From NCBI GenBank assembly GCA_977017645.1, contig CDRNVU010000048.1, positions 1,612,001-1,676,000 of the forward strand: a stretch of 64,000 nt of DNA, written 5' to 3'. The stretch comes from Torpedo marmorata. Its lineage: Eukaryota. The position numbers and the translations under genes were made by a program. Of this stretch, positions 62,367 to 64,000 are shown one piece after another. The notes under the pieces are model-generated. The model had not been told where the DNA came from and did no database searches. It saw only the letters and a list, made by a program, of their open reading frames with translations. Every line of letters starts with the position of its first letter. Position 1 is the first letter of the stretch.

Positions 62367-64000
62367 AGACTTGTAGGAAGAGAGGAACCAGAATGTTAAA
62401 GTTAATGAAGGAGATGGTTAGGGTTAGGGTTAGGGTTATTTGGGGGACATTCTCTCAAGTGTATATATTTGAATGCAAGGAGCATTGTAAGAAAGGTGGA
62501 CGAGCTTAGAGCATGGATTGACATATGGAAATATGATATTGTAGCCATCAATTAAACTTGGTTGCAAGAGGGGCATGATTGGTAGCAACATATTCCTGGA
62601 TTCCGTTGTTTTAGGCGTGATAGAACAGGGGGATAAAAGGTGGAGGAGTCGCATTGCGTGTTAGAGAAAGCATTACAGTGGTGCTATGGCGGGACAAATT
62701 GGAGGGCTCGTCCAGTGAAGCCATTTGGGTGGAATTGAGGAATGTGAGAGGCATTGAAACACGAATGCGAGTGTATTATAGACCACCGAATGGGCTGAGG
62801 GCAGTAGAGGAGCAAATCTGAATGGAGATAGCATATATGTGCAATAAAAATAAGGTGGTGATTATAGGAGATTTTAACTTTCCACACATTGACTGGAACG
62901 CCCAGACTGTGTAAGAGCTGGATGGGTTGGAGATTGTCAAATATGTTCAGGAAAGTTGTCTAAATAAATTCAACGAACAACCGACGAGAGAGGAGGCAGT
63001 ATTGGATCTCCTATTTGGGAATGAGATAGGTCAGATGACAGAGGTTTGTGTTACGGAACACCTTGGGTCTATTGATCATAATACTATTAGTTTTAGGTTG
63101 ATAATGGAGAAGGATAGGGCTGGGCATAAGGTTGAGATTCCTAATTGGAATAAGGCAAATTTCGCGGAGATGAGAAAGGATGTACAGGGTGTGGATTGGG
63201 ATAATTTATTTTCAGGGAAGGATGTAACAGATAAATGGAGGATATTCAAAGGGGAAATTTTCGAGAGTACAGAGTCGGTTCGTCCCTGTGAGGATTAAAG
63301 GAAGAGTTAGAAAATATAGCATATTGGGAATTTGGTTCGGAGGAAGAGCGATGTGAACAGCAGATATAGACAGCAGGGCATATATGAGGTCCTTTAGGAA
63401 TATAAGGAGTGTAAAAAAAATCTTAAGAAAAAAATAGAAACGCTAAAAGGAGATATGAGGCTGCTTTGGCAGACAAGGTAAAACATAAATCCAAAGGGAT
63501 TCTCCAGGTACATTAAAAGTAAAAGAATAGTGAGGGATAAAATTGTGCCCATTGAGGATCAGACGGGTAGGCTATGTGAGAAGTCAGAGGAGAGGTGGGA
63601 AATTTTAAATGATTTTTTTTTCTTCAGTATTTACAAAGGAAATGAATATTAAGGCAGGTGTAATAAGGAAATCTGGTAGCGAAGTCAAGGATTATATAAA
63701 GATTAATGAGGAGGTAGTATTGGCTATTTTAAAGAGTATAATGTTGGATAATATTCCAGGTCCTGACAGGATATTCCCGAGGACCCTGAGGGAGGTTAGT
63801 GTACAAATAGTGGGGGCTCTGACAGAAATATTTAAAATGTCACTGGCCACGGGGGATATGCCCGAGGAGTGGAGGGTAGCTCATGTTGTCCTGCTTTTTT
63901 AAAAGGGCTCCAAAAGTAAACCTGGAAATTATAGGCCTGTGAGTCTGACATCGGTGGTAGGTAAATGAATGGAGAGTGTTCCAAGAGATGGTGTATACAG
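62367..64000 (+). mobile_element. CR1 ORF2 (endonuclease to start of RT), decayed, runs off the window
   Basis: LKCIYLNARSI, GGGVAL, YYRPP, GDFNFP, LGSIDH, PGPDRIFPRTL and NYRPVSLTS motifs. Confidence 0.9.
62416..62438 (+). repeat. Short interstitial telomeric repeat (TTAGGG)n
   Basis: ggTTAGGGTTAGGGTTAGGGtta, a perfect 23-bp array. Confidence 0.75.

Overview
This is eukaryotic, repeat-dense vertebrate DNA from a draft assembly with five N-gaps (about 7387-7548, 20670-21148, 27371-27503, 44790-45073, 55342-55713). The repeat mix (CR1, Rex1/Babar, L1, Penelope-like, V-SINE, Chapaev3) and the GPCR subtype suggest a cartilaginous fish (inference). Host genes are few: one intact two-exon class-A GPCR of the GPR139/GPR142-like group (51230-54953, +) and one initiator tRNA-Met gene (46358-46429, -). 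Most of the rest is nested mobile elements. These include two decayed Gmr1-type Gypsy proviruses with integrase placed before RT, a solo LTR of one inserted in the other, a 5'-truncated L1 with a target-site duplication (TSD), and young Rex1 and CR1 insertions. There is also an old ~3.9 kb local duplication. The most notable observation is a BEL/Pao LTR retrotransposon (about 1027-4612) whose RT-RNase H-integrase core is replaced by an intronless fragment resembling the host gene MIPOL1, fused in frame downstream of the protease region. All family assignments come from recognising motifs by eye; no database searches were run.
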